64,000 nucleotides of DNA from an uncultured Bacilli bacterium (GTDB lineage Bacteria > Bacillota_I > Bacilli_A > RF39 > UBA660). The stretch covers positions 261,632 through 325,631 of the forward strand of contig CAKOXO010000002.1 in NCBI GenBank assembly GCA_934130165.1, read 5' to 3'. Under the pieces are notes generated by a model that saw only the letters and a list, made by a program, of their open reading frames with translations, was not told where the DNA came from and did no database searches. Positions 19,061-28,968 of this stretch are shown in pieces; the stretch's first letter is position 1, and each line of letters starts with the position of its first letter. The translations under genes were made by a program, and so were the position numbers.

Positions 19061-19140
19061 TAATTTGCAGGCCTCAATTAAATGATAATGCGTATTTTTT
19101 TAATTTGCAGGCCTCAATTAAATGATAATGCGTATTTTTA
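19061..19140. repeat. 40-bp tandem duplication (2 copies, 39/40 identical)
   Basis: TAATTTGCAGGCCTCAATTAAATGATAATGCGTATTTTT[T/A] occurs at 19061-19100 and again at 19101-19140. Confidence 0.95.
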
Positions 19141-19640
19141 TATACACCATGTCTCATTAATAAATCCATCATTCTCTTTTCTAATGTTTGCAATTTAGTT
19201 GTACACATTAAATCGCAAAGATTTATAATCTTTTCATAAATTGTATATTCATTTAAAAGATAGTTTTTTATAAAATCATAATTTTCATTAGTTGAATCTG
19301 TATAATCTCTATCATTTGCCAAGCAGTTTATATCATTATTTAAAAACGAATGTTTTATACATATTCCTGCATATTCTTCTCCATAACCTAATTCTTTTAA
19401 ATAATTATATCCATTAATAGCATGAGGTATTACTCCTTCATAGCTATTAAAACTAAACCTTTTACCAATATCATGAATATATCCAAGTGTCTTTGCATAA
19501 TCTTCATCTAATTTTAATGCTTTTGCTATCATACTAGCAGTATTACCAACACAAATTGAATGTAAAATCCAACTATCATTCCTTACTTTTTGTCTTTCAA
19601 ACTCTAATAATTTTTTTGCTTCTTTACTTGTCATTTTCAT
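19074..19640 (-). CDS. HD-domain phosphohydrolase, C-terminally frameshifted paralog of 23459-24067
   Basis: HSICVGNTASMIAKAL ... LGYIHDIGK HD motif. The ORF ends prematurely (…KLKKYALSFN*) inside a 40-bp tandem duplication. The ancestral frame continues to a TAA at 18989-18991 (…YFDDLLGYNLYDLFPEIKCNL*). Confidence 0.7.
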   Translation of the reverse strand: MKMTSKEAKKLLEFERQKVRNDSWILHSICVGNTASMIAKALKLDEDYAKTLGYIHDIGKRFSFNSYEGVIPHAINGYNYLKELGYGEEYAGICIKHSFLNNDINCLANDRDYTDSTNENYDFIKNYLLNEYTIYEKIINLCDLMCTTKLQTLEKRMMDLLMRHGVYKNTHYHLIEACKLKKYALSFN

Positions 19641-19666
19641 AGCTCATCTTCCTTTATTACAATTAT

Positions 19667-20884
19667 CTAATATAATTTTTTACTTTTCATAATTCCAGAA
19701 TAAATACCTAATATTAAATATGAAAATATTGCTAAAACAAAAGTGATATTTATAGCATTATTATTTTCAGATAAAATTGTGTATGACAATAATGGTATAA
19801 TTGCTGTTATAATTCCTTCTATAAACCTTTCAAAAGTAACATAAGAAGTTTGTAATTTATCTTGTGAAGCCTCATATATAGCAACATTATCAAATATTTC
19901 ATAAGCTCCATTTCCAACACCTAATAATAAATAAATTAATGGCAATATGAATTTTAATATTTTATTTGGTGTTATGAATAAGCCTAAAAAAGCAAATACA
20001 AATATTATACACATTGGTAAAATAACGTTTTTCCAGTTTCTATCATTTGCCCTGTTTGCCCAATGTTTACTTGATATTGCTTCTGATAAATTTATTATAA
20101 TATTTAATAGACTATAATAAACATAACTTATTTTTAAATACCTTAGTAAAAAAACGTTTAAATACATAATACCGATTCCGTTAGCAAATCTATTTATTCC
20201 ACATATTACAATTATCTTTCTGAATTTTTTATCTTGTGCTGGGATTTTTATTGTATTTTTTATTGTTATTTTATTCTCTTTTATAAGTGGTTTGTATGTA
20301 ATAATTCTTATTGCTATATCTATAAACGTAATCAAAAAAACAATAAAAAATAAAATCATAAATCCATATAACTCATATCCATGCTGTGCAAACTTATCTA
20401 GAATAACTCCCATAAATAAACTGAATGCTAAAACTATAGTGTTTTTATACATATTCTTTGTTGCTGCAAACTTGGTTCTATCCTCTTTTTTCAGTAAAGA
20501 CATTCTCCAATTAACAAAAGTTATATACCCCATTTCTCCTGTGATTGCATACACTGAAGCAAATATAAAAAATAATGTAGTACGTACACTAATATTATTT
20601 GATACAAATGGGATAACTGCAAAACATACAGATGAAATTCTATATATTGAATAATTTGTTAAAACAACCTTTTTTGATTGCCCTATTCTTGAAAATAATG
20701 GTGCAGCAAATATTTGAAAAACATTAGTTATTGTATCTAAAACAGTATAAATTCCAATTGAAAAATCTGATATACCCAAATATATAGCAAAGGCTGATAT
20801 AAAAGATGTACTTGCTATTTTATTATTTGCATTATCTAATACAGATGAAATCAAATATTTTTTGTATTCTTTTTCATAATTCAT
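19667..20884 (-). CDS. MFS-type transporter
   Basis: 405 aa, roughly 12 hydrophobic helices, typical two-halves organisation with a charged central loop (KENKITIKNTIKIPAQDKKFRK). Confidence 0.6.
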   Translation of the reverse strand: MNYEKEYKKYLISSVLDNANNKIASTSFISAFAIYLGISDFSIGIYTVLDTITNVFQIFAAPLFSRIGQSKKVVLTNYSIYRISSVCFAVIPFVSNNISVRTTLFFIFASVYAITGEMGYITFVNWRMSLLKKEDRTKFAATKNMYKNTIVLAFSLFMGVILDKFAQHGYELYGFMILFFIVFLITFIDIAIRIITYKPLIKENKITIKNTIKIPAQDKKFRKIIVICGINRFANGIGIMYLNVFLLRYLKISYVYYSLLNIIINLSEAISSKHWANRANDRNWKNVILPMCIIFVFAFLGLFITPNKILKFILPLIYLLLGVGNGAYEIFDNVAIYEASQDKLQTSYVTFERFIEGIITAIIPLLSYTILSENNNAINITFVLAIFSYLILGIYSGIMKSKKLY

Positions 20885-20895
20885 ATTACAACCTA

Positions 20896-21705
20896 CTATA
20901 TATCCAAATTTTCATCGCAAAAATGTAGTTTTTTAATGATATCTTGTCCAATATGATTATTAGCAATCTCTATTGCTTTTTCATAATTTATAATTTGATA
21001 TTTAAAATGGGCATCTATTCCATATAACACTTTTAAATTATTATATTCTGAGGCTATTTTCCAAAATTCTTTACAAGGGTATATGATATCATTTCTTTTT
21101 CCAATTATACATTCATTAGGATGAGACAAATTAATCTCTAATGGTATTTCATATTTTTCTGCTACAGCACAAATTATATGTGCTGCTTTTGCATCTATAT
21201 TTGTGAAAGTATTTCTACCTAACATATAAATATCAGGATGTGCTATTATATCTGGTATATTTTTTTCAATTGCTACTTTTATATATTCTGCATATTTTAA
21301 GACATCTTCGTCTGTGTATTTTTGCCTTGTTAAAAGTTTAATATTATTATTTTCATCATATATAAAATGTTGTCCTATAATTATCTTGTCAGTTTCTTTT
21401 TTTAACTCAAATATATTTTCTTCTTGTCCAGGTAAATACTCAACTTCAAAACCTGTTTCTATTTCTATTTTATCTTTATATTTATCCTTTAAAGATTTTA
21501 TACTTTCCAAATATTCTTCTTTTTCACTATATTTCATTCTCATATTTTTTCTATAATCTATTTCTTCTTTTTCAGGGCAATGATCCGTAAAAGCCATTTT
21601 GATAATTCCTTTTTTTATAAGCAACCTTACAAAATCCTCATCTGTCATACTATCATCAGCATGCCCACATCTTCTTGTATGTGTGTGGTAATTAAACTTT
21701 TGCAT
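20896..21705 (-). CDS. PHP-family phosphatase (histidinol-phosphatase HisJ-like)
   Basis: N-terminus FNYHTHTRRCGHA and FTDHCP, later GQHF and IAHPD, fit the HisJ/PHP metal-ligand pattern. Confidence 0.75.
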   Translation of the reverse strand: MQKFNYHTHTRRCGHADDSMTDEDFVRLLIKKGIIKMAFTDHCPEKEEIDYRKNMRMKYSEKEEYLESIKSLKDKYKDKIEIETGFEVEYLPGQEENIFELKKETDKIIIGQHFIYDENNNIKLLTRQKYTDEDVLKYAEYIKVAIEKNIPDIIAHPDIYMLGRNTFTNIDAKAAHIICAVAEKYEIPLEINLSHPNECIIGKRNDIIYPCKEFWKIASEYNNLKVLYGIDAHFKYQIINYEKAIEIANNHIGQDIIKKLHFCDENLDI

Positions 21706-21719
21706 ATTAATCCTCCTAA

Positions 21720-22916
21720 CTATACACTTCTTCCAAATATCTTTTTATTAACCTTATTAGCTATTAAATATATAACAACTATAAATACTAATAATCCTAT
21801 AGATAAATATTTGAACCCGATAATTCCCTTTATTACAAAATATCTGCATACAAATATTGAAGCTAGTGATGTAATTGCTCTAACAATAAAATAAATATTA
21901 TTTATTAATGCATATTTTCTTCTATTATTATCAGAATAACTACTTATTAATGCACCCCATACTGGATCACCTATAGTTGCTGATATACCAGATAAAAACA
22001 TAACAACTGCTATACTTATTTCACTATGAAAAGTAGAAATTATAAGTAAATAGCACATATCACAAACTGCACATATAGTTTGCCAAAATAATAATTTACC
22101 ACTCTTTTTAAACCAATTAATTATTTTAGCATTAATAACAAATAATGCTATTATTTCAACGGTTGTATAGATTGCATTTAGATAGCCTACCTTTTTTGAA
22201 ATAAGAGGAACTAATTCATTAAATGCTGCTAGTCCCATACACCATGCCCCTACTTCTACTCCATATAAAATTGTTATTAAATAAATATTCTTTTTCTCTT
22301 TTTTAGATAGTACTTTATCATCTTCCACCGGTTTCATACAATCTTCTTTTGATTCTATGTTAGGAATATTAGAATTTGTAATAAAAATAATCATACCAAA
22401 TATAATAAACCCTAATATATATATTAACGGATTAAAATCATAAATAATTTGACTTACAATCAATCCTAATGTAGCTCCTATTACACTAGATCTTTCTTCT
22501 TCAACTAAACAATAAGATTCATATTTTATATTAGATGTATTTATTCTTGTAACACATGAATCATTAATACCTGATAAAAATCCTAATAAAATTGTAAAGA
22601 AATACACAATTATAACGCTATGGCTTTGAGATATTATTAAAAATATTAAACTTATAATTAATAAATAAATTAAATGATATTTTTTATAATTAATGCTTAT
22701 TGCAATATTTATAATTTTTTTAAAACCACGAGATAGCATTTTTGAAAACTCAAGTACAACTGGTATTGAAACTGCAATCCATGGTACTACATTATTTGCA
22801 AGCATATAAACTACTACTACTTTTAAAAAATATTGCAATAAAAACGAATTTCCAATTACAGTTTTTCTAATTACTTTTATATATGAGTTTAATTTTTCAT
22901 TATCTTCTTCATCCAT
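21720..22916 (-). CDS. Polytopic membrane transporter (MFS-like)
   Basis: 398 aa, about 10-12 hydrophobic helices. Sits in the operon between phosphatase genes. Confidence 0.5.
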   Translation of the reverse strand: MDEEDNEKLNSYIKVIRKTVIGNSFLLQYFLKVVVVYMLANNVVPWIAVSIPVVLEFSKMLSRGFKKIINIAISINYKKYHLIYLLIISLIFLIISQSHSVIIVYFFTILLGFLSGINDSCVTRINTSNIKYESYCLVEEERSSVIGATLGLIVSQIIYDFNPLIYILGFIIFGMIIFITNSNIPNIESKEDCMKPVEDDKVLSKKEKKNIYLITILYGVEVGAWCMGLAAFNELVPLISKKVGYLNAIYTTVEIIALFVINAKIINWFKKSGKLLFWQTICAVCDMCYLLIISTFHSEISIAVVMFLSGISATIGDPVWGALISSYSDNNRRKYALINNIYFIVRAITSLASIFVCRYFVIKGIIGFKYLSIGLLVFIVVIYLIANKVNKKIFGRSV

Positions 22917-22924
22917 ATTATTCC

Positions 22925-23449
22925 CTACATTTCATACATCTTTATCTCACAATTTTTAAGACCTCTATTTAAAAACTTTCCATCTTTAATACCTTCAAAG
23001 TAACCACTAAATGCCTTTGATACACCAGAATGAGCTACTATTAATACTTGCTCATATTTTTTTGTTTTAAGTTCATCTAAAAAAGCATAAACTCTTTCAA
23101 AAAAACTCTTAATATTTTCACTTGTTCCATATTGAATTTTTGTGTAGTAATTCCAATATTCTTCTCTGTTTGTATATTCATTAGGTTTACCATCCAAATC
23201 TCCGCAATCTCTTTCTTTTAATCTTTCATCAGTAATAATACTATCATCATAATAGGTTAGTATATTTTCTGTATGTATGGTTCTTAAAAGTGGAGAAGAA
23301 ATTACTATATCAAATTTTATATCTTTAATTTTTTCTCTCAATTCTAATGCTTGAACTATTCCGTTATCTGTTAAATCCTCATCACTACTATTATACTCTT
23401 TTCTTACATTGTGTGGAACTTCTCCATGTCTTACTATATATACTTTCAT
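22925..23449 (-). CDS. Histidine phosphatase family protein (phosphoglycerate-mutase-like)
   Basis: MKVYIVRHGEVPHN (RHG motif), SSPLLRTIHT, and VAHSGV (second catalytic His). Confidence 0.8.
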   Translation of the reverse strand: MKVYIVRHGEVPHNVRKEYNSSDEDLTDNGIVQALELREKIKDIKFDIVISSPLLRTIHTENILTYYDDSIITDERLKERDCGDLDGKPNEYTNREEYWNYYTKIQYGTSENIKSFFERVYAFLDELKTKKYEQVLIVAHSGVSKAFSGYFEGIKDGKFLNRGLKNCEIKMYEM

Positions 23450-23458
23450 ATTTTTCTC

Positions 23459-24067
23459 CTATAAATTTTCATTTATTTCTGGAAATAAATCATATAAATT
23501 ATAGCCTAGTAAATTATCAAAATATTCTTTTAATTTATAAGTTTCTTTAATATGGTACTGTGTATTTGAATACGCACCTTTTCTAATCATAATATCAATT
23601 AATCTTTTATCAATTGTAAATACTTTATTAGCTTGAGGGCACATTAAATCACATAAATTTATTAATTTTTCTTCAATTGTATATTCATGTTTTTTTATAA
23701 AATTAGCTAAAAATAGATTATCATCTGGATTTGGCACACCTCCAGCAGTACACACAATATCGTTATTTAAATATGAGTGTGTTAGACATATATTAGCATA
23801 TTCATCATCATATCCTTTACTTTTTAAATATTCATACCCTCTCATAACATGACCCTGTGATTCTCCATTATATTTACCAATATCATGTAAATATCCAAGT
23901 GTAATCGTTTTATCTACATCAACACTATATCCTTTATCATTTAATGCTTTGGCAATTCTACCAGCACTATCACCAACAGATAAACAATGGGTAATCCATC
24001 TATCATCCTTTGTTTTTTGTCTTTCAATTTCTAATAATTCTTTTGCTTCTTTACTTGTTATTTTCAT
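23459..24067 (-). CDS. HD-domain phosphohydrolase (intact paralog)
   Basis: 202 aa with HCLSVGDSAGRIAKAL ... LGYLHDIGK. Collinear with 19074-19640, including the C-terminus YFDNLLGYNLYDLFPEINENL. Confidence 0.75.
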   Translation of the reverse strand: MKITSKEAKELLEIERQKTKDDRWITHCLSVGDSAGRIAKALNDKGYSVDVDKTITLGYLHDIGKYNGESQGHVMRGYEYLKSKGYDDEYANICLTHSYLNNDIVCTAGGVPNPDDNLFLANFIKKHEYTIEEKLINLCDLMCPQANKVFTIDKRLIDIMIRKGAYSNTQYHIKETYKLKEYFDNLLGYNLYDLFPEINENL

Positions 24068-24597
24068 AGTTCATACTCCTTTATCTCGCAATTACCTGAG
24101 CCAAAATTTTCCAATTTACCATCCTCTGGAATTTCATTAAAGTAAAAATAAACTCCTCTTGCAACACCTCCATGTGTTACAATTAAAATATTTTTATCTT
24201 TATATTTTTCTTTTATTTCATCTAAAAATAAGGATACTCTTTTAAATAATTCTGGTATTGTTTCCAATCCTTCAATTTTTTTATTTGAATAATAATTCCA
24301 ATAATCAGTATAATAAAATTCTCCTAACTTTTCATTTGTTAATTTTCCACAATCTCTTTCTTCTAATCTTTTATCATAAATAATTGGTATATTATTGATA
24401 TTTATAATATTACAGGTATGTTTCGTCCTTAATAAGGGAGAACATATTATTAAATCTATATCCAATTTTTCTACTTTTTTTCTTGCTTCCTCTGCTTGTT
24501 TTATTCCAACCTCATTTATATCTTCATCTAACTTACCATTATATTTTCCTTCATCATTGCAATTTGTTCGTCCATGTCTAACTACATATAATTTCAT
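24064..24597 (-). CDS. Histidine phosphatase family protein (paralog of 22925-23449)
   Basis: MKLYVVRHGRTNCN, CSPLLRTKHT, VTHGGV. 4-nt overlaps with both neighbours. Confidence 0.8.
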   Translation of the reverse strand: MKLYVVRHGRTNCNDEGKYNGKLDEDINEVGIKQAEEARKKVEKLDIDLIICSPLLRTKHTCNIININNIPIIYDKRLEERDCGKLTNEKLGEFYYTDYWNYYSNKKIEGLETIPELFKRVSLFLDEIKEKYKDKNILIVTHGGVARGVYFYFNEIPEDGKLENFGSGNCEIKEYEL

Positions 24598-25094
24598 ATC
24601 TTTCTCCCTCTTTTTATATCATTTTTCAATAGAACATAAATTCCAGTAACTAATAAAACAACATCACCTAATACCATAAACCAACTACTATAATAAATAT
24701 AATATGATCCATATAACAAACCTGTAGTAATTCCTGAAATTCTTACTAGTTTCATATTTGATTGCCATAAGCAATATGTTCTAATTATTGAACCAATTGT
24801 TGGTAATAATGAAATAATTCCTTGCCATGTGTATAGACAATTAATAATTATAATTGATTCAAAAATAATTAACATTATTAAATATACCCTTTTACTAAAT
24901 TTTTTCTTATTTATAAATAAAAATGAACGTATTAAATTAATTATACTTAAAAACGCTCCAGTAAAAGCTGATATTATAAAATTGTAAATTGCTTCAAACA
25001 AACAATTTAAAGATTGCACACATAAAGATCTTTTTCTATCCTTTATGCAGATACTTATTATTAATGTAATAAATGCTAATACACTAAATATCAT
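24594..25094 (-). CDS. Small membrane protein, YgjV/PnuC-like (possible nucleoside/vitamin-type transporter)
   Basis: 166 aa with about 5-6 TM helices. LPTIGSIIRTYCLWQSNMKLVRI is reminiscent of the YgjV family. This assignment is tentative. Confidence 0.4.
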   Translation of the reverse strand: MIFSVLAFITLIISICIKDRKRSLCVQSLNCLFEAIYNFIISAFTGAFLSIINLIRSFLFINKKKFSKRVYLIMLIIFESIIIINCLYTWQGIISLLPTIGSIIRTYCLWQSNMKLVRISGITTGLLYGSYYIYYSSWFMVLGDVVLLVTGIYVLLKNDIKRGRKI

Positions 25095-25098
25095 ATTT

Positions 25099-26526
25099 CT
25101 ATCTCAACTTTCTAAATAAATCACTATATATCTTTTCCCTGTCTAATTTAGTAACAAAAGTAATATTGTGATTACCTTCAGTAAACTCATAAGAGGTATC
25201 TTCTTTTATATTAGGACAACTTATCTTTTTTGTTTCAAACCAATTTCTATTTATCATATAAGCTACAACTGATATATCCCAAATAACACGACTTTCCTCT
25301 ATTCCATGATATCCATCATTATAAAATCTCCTAATTAAATAATTACATAATTCTGATTTATTTTCTAAATTATTTCTTAAAGTATCAATATCAATTCTTA
25401 AATTTGATACAACATTATTGCAAGGCAAGATAGTAAGTTTTACTTTTGATTTCAAAACTGTTTTAACTGCTTCAATATCTTGTCTAAAATTAAACTCTAA
25501 ATTATCTTTATAACCTAATTCATTACCACCTAACCAAATAACTTCCATTTTATCAATTATTGATGGTTCTTTCTTTATAGCAAGTGCAACATTAGTAATA
25601 GCACCGATTGCTAATATTGTAGTTTTATCATTCTCGTTTACAACTTCAATTATCTTTCTAATAGCATCATTATCTTCACAATATCCATTACAAAGATAAT
25701 CCATAGAACCTTTAAAAACTTTATTGTCAGTATCAAAATTTAACCAATTACATATTTTTAGTGTTTCTTTATAACTTAACTCTTGCCCTTTTGTAACGGA
25801 TGCATTTTTTATTGTTTTATGAGAATAGGGAGCAACTGTGATTGCTTCTATATTAAATAAATTTTTATTTTTAAGTAGATATGCAAGTGCAAAATAATCA
25901 TCACATTCATTACAAATATCGGTATCTAAAATTACATTAATTTTATCTTTTTTATAATTAGAAATAAAATCATAAAATTCTTTCCAACTTTTAACTCTTT
26001 CTATATCTGCATATTGATTATATGGTGTATCCATTAAAATTGTTTTAATTCCATTATTAATACAATCTCTACATATACTAACTGAGTCATCTATCATAAT
26101 ATCAATATTATATTCTATACATTTTTCTGATTTAGCATGTTTATCATAAGCATCAGTTAAAATTAAATTATCATAATAAATATGATTACTATCAAGCCAG
26201 GTCTTTGTCATATTATAAGGATCAGTATAGTCACCATTATCTCTTCCTGTTATAACATAAATAATATGTCCATCATTATGCAGTTTATCTATATACTCCT
26301 TTGCACCTTCAATAAGTTCTAGTTTCTTAGCAATTTTTTCTATATTATTTCTATAAAAAGAATGATCTTCATCTTCATCCCAATCAAACATGCCATCTCT
26401 AATATATTTAGCATTTTTATTTACAATGCCGTTATTACGTAATGTCTTATCATATATTAAATATTCATTCAATAATGTATCATTAAAATTTGAAATTACA
26501 TTATCTATATCTATTCCTATTCTCAC
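25099..26526 (-). CDS. Fusion protein: HAD-type 5'(3')-nucleotidase (NT5C-like) + nucleoside hydrolase (IUNH family)
   Basis: The N-terminal RIGIDIDNVISNF (DxDxV HAD motif I) ... IMIDDS (motif IV) is followed, from about residue 195, by VILDTDICNECDDYFALAYLL (the DxDxxxDD nucleoside-hydrolase signature), ILAIGAITNVALAI and VIWDISVVAY. Confidence 0.7.
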   Translation of the reverse strand: MRIGIDIDNVISNFNDTLLNEYLIYDKTLRNNGIVNKNAKYIRDGMFDWDEDEDHSFYRNNIEKIAKKLELIEGAKEYIDKLHNDGHIIYVITGRDNGDYTDPYNMTKTWLDSNHIYYDNLILTDAYDKHAKSEKCIEYNIDIMIDDSVSICRDCINNGIKTILMDTPYNQYADIERVKSWKEFYDFISNYKKDKINVILDTDICNECDDYFALAYLLKNKNLFNIEAITVAPYSHKTIKNASVTKGQELSYKETLKICNWLNFDTDNKVFKGSMDYLCNGYCEDNDAIRKIIEVVNENDKTTILAIGAITNVALAIKKEPSIIDKMEVIWLGGNELGYKDNLEFNFRQDIEAVKTVLKSKVKLTILPCNNVVSNLRIDIDTLRNNLENKSELCNYLIRRFYNDGYHGIEESRVIWDISVVAYMINRNWFETKKISCPNIKEDTSYEFTEGNHNITFVTKLDREKIYSDLFRKLR

Positions 26527-26598
26527 GCTACCACCTAAAATAAATTATAACATATATATCTATTTAAAATAAGTTTAAAAGTAAAATCATGTAAACCA

Positions 26599-26623
26599 AT
26601 AAAAATCATTCTAAAGAATGATT
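26599..26623 (-). terminator. Putative terminator after the ABC-2 permease gene
   Basis: AATCATTCT/AGAATGATT hairpin (26604-26623). On the minus strand it is followed by TTTTTATT. Confidence 0.5.
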
Positions 26624-26657
26624 TAATATTTAATAATAATTTATTTATATATAACAT

Positions 26658-27806
26658 CTATTCTATTACTTGTTTTTTTCTGCTTATATAATTAGTTATG
26701 ATAATAAATAACACACTAAATAAAATAATTATTACTCCATTAATTAACAGTGGTTTGATATTTTGAAAATTAAATAATTCTAATTTCTTAATTATTTCAT
26801 TACTAGAAACAAAGTAATAAGTAGGAAGAATATGTGCAATTTTTATAACATAATTAGGCATATATTCAAATGGTACAAAACATCCGCATAAAAATGATGT
26901 TCCTAGTGCTACAACATTTACTATACCACCAATAGCATTTTTATTTTGAGTTATATTTCCTATTAAGAATCCAATTGTTACAGTACAAAATGCAAATATA
27001 AAAGAATTAATTATATATAATATTCCATTTAAATTTATCATAAAATCTTTAAATAAAATTAAACTTAAAACCATGTACAACAACCACATGATAAATATTA
27101 CAATAGCATTTGAAAATAATACAATTCTATTATATTTTTTATAATCATAACTACTAACAATTGTTCTTTTTCTTATATTTTCTTTCTTTAGGCTTGATAA
27201 GATCATACTTATACAATATACACATCCAGCTAAAAAGGCATAATTTAAGAAATTAAAATATCTAGTCATACTACTTAATTTTGACGTATCTAAAGTAGTT
27301 TTCAAATTCACTTTTATTTCTTTTTCTACTGTTTTATCTACTTCATTTATTAGCTCTTTACCACTATAATAATCTCTATAGACAAATATTGTTTTTAGAT
27401 ATTTTTCTATGATCATTTTACTATATGATGAATATTCATCACCACTTGCTTTATATTTTAAACTAGGATTTTTACCATTTAATATATCATTTCCAAAACC
27501 ATCTGGTATATATATAACAAAATTAACATCTCTATAGAAAATAGCATCATTTATTTTTTCTTCATCTTTTGTATCTATTTTTTTTATTTTAGAATGTTTA
27601 CTTATATATTTAACGAAGCTATCGGTAACAATATTTTTTTGATCTTTATTTACAATTAAAACATCTGGTTTTTCTTCTTCAAAATTAGTTATTTGATTTC
27701 CTGATGTTTGGTTTAATGTCGTTATACATATTAACATCACAGTATATAGAATTAACATTCCTTTTAGTTTATTTAATATTTTTAATATGGTTTTAAATAC
27801 TGTCAT
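26658..27806 (-). CDS. ABC-2-type transporter permease
   Basis: 382 aa with an N-terminal TM, a ~150-aa extracytoplasmic loop and a C-terminal cluster of 5 TM helices. Overlaps the upstream permease gene by 14 nt. Confidence 0.7.
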   Translation of the reverse strand: MTVFKTILKILNKLKGMLILYTVMLICITTLNQTSGNQITNFEEEKPDVLIVNKDQKNIVTDSFVKYISKHSKIKKIDTKDEEKINDAIFYRDVNFVIYIPDGFGNDILNGKNPSLKYKASGDEYSSYSKMIIEKYLKTIFVYRDYYSGKELINEVDKTVEKEIKVNLKTTLDTSKLSSMTRYFNFLNYAFLAGCVYCISMILSSLKKENIRKRTIVSSYDYKKYNRIVLFSNAIVIFIMWLLYMVLSLILFKDFMINLNGILYIINSFIFAFCTVTIGFLIGNITQNKNAIGGIVNVVALGTSFLCGCFVPFEYMPNYVIKIAHILPTYYFVSSNEIIKKLELFNFQNIKPLLINGVIIILFSVLFIIITNYISRKKQVIE

Positions 27807-28968
27807 ACTTTTCCCTCCTTAAACTAACGAAAGAAATTGTTAAACAGATAATTATAAATATCAACAAATAACTTATATCTCTAAAATATCTATTTAAAGT
27901 ATCATAATAATATAATGAATAAAAACCATCAGTGATTAAATTGTTTGGATTAATAAGATTGACTACTGGAATATTTTTATCAATTACATACTTTAAAGTA
28001 ACTCCCATCATTCCTGATAAGACTGATAAAAACATTGTTATAGCAATAGTGATTCCTGTCTTTGCACCTTCAGATACCCTAAATATAGAAGCAATTAAAA
28101 CACCAAGAGAAATACCAGCTAAATTTCCAATCATAGAAAGCAGAATAACTAAAAATGCATTATCTCCAAAATCTACTTTTAAGATTACTTTCAGAAAAAC
28201 TAAAAGTAATACTAAGCCAACCAAACTTACAATATATGATCCTATAGCGGAACTTAAAATAATTACACTCTTTTTATTTGGTGATACAGAAATTCTTTTT
28301 CCTTTACTACTCATATTAGCCAAAGAATTATTTATAGCTGTTAGTCCAAGCATACCACCATACATACAGGCCATAGCAATTAAAGTATAATATTCTATTT
28401 GCATATAACTCAAATTAGAATTAGAAATATTTTGAAGTTCTACTTTTTCACTTTTAATTTTATTTAAGATATTATCAACTATTTTTTCTTGATCAATAGA
28501 AACATTTCCATTTGTAATTTCAGTTTCTACCTCTTTTTTACTTAAATTTTCTATCATTATTTTGTTTTGATTTATTTCTGCAATCACAAATTTAATAATA
28601 GTTTGATAAGTACCATTTTCTTTTATAACTACTTCTGGTTTATCATTTTTAAAAATAATATATCCTTTAATATCAGAATTATTTAAAAGGCTATCCGCCT
28701 TTTTTTGACTAACATATTTAATATTAAATAATTTATCTTCACCGTGGGATAATTTTTTTAACGCCTCTTGATAGATTTTTTCCTTTTGAAACTGATTATT
28801 ATTAACAACAGCTATATCAAAAACTTGTAATTTCTCATCTTTTTCTATATTTGAAAAGGCCATATTAAAAAATAATCCTAAAATAATTGGAAAAGCAAAG
28901 GTCCAAAAGATTAAAACTTTGTTTTTAAATAGCGTTTTAATTGTATATTTTAAATTATGAATAAACAT
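27793..28968 (-). CDS. ABC-2-type transporter permease
   Basis: 391 aa with the same topology as its neighbour. Its start overlaps the ATPase gene stop (28968). Confidence 0.7.
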   Translation of the reverse strand: MFIHNLKYTIKTLFKNKVLIFWTFAFPIILGLFFNMAFSNIEKDEKLQVFDIAVVNNNQFQKEKIYQEALKKLSHGEDKLFNIKYVSQKKADSLLNNSDIKGYIIFKNDKPEVVIKENGTYQTIIKFVIAEINQNKIMIENLSKKEVETEITNGNVSIDQEKIVDNILNKIKSEKVELQNISNSNLSYMQIEYYTLIAMACMYGGMLGLTAINNSLANMSSKGKRISVSPNKKSVIILSSAIGSYIVSLVGLVLLLVFLKVILKVDFGDNAFLVILLSMIGNLAGISLGVLIASIFRVSEGAKTGITIAITMFLSVLSGMMGVTLKYVIDKNIPVVNLINPNNLITDGFYSLYYYDTLNRYFRDISYLLIFIIICLTISFVSLRREKYDSI

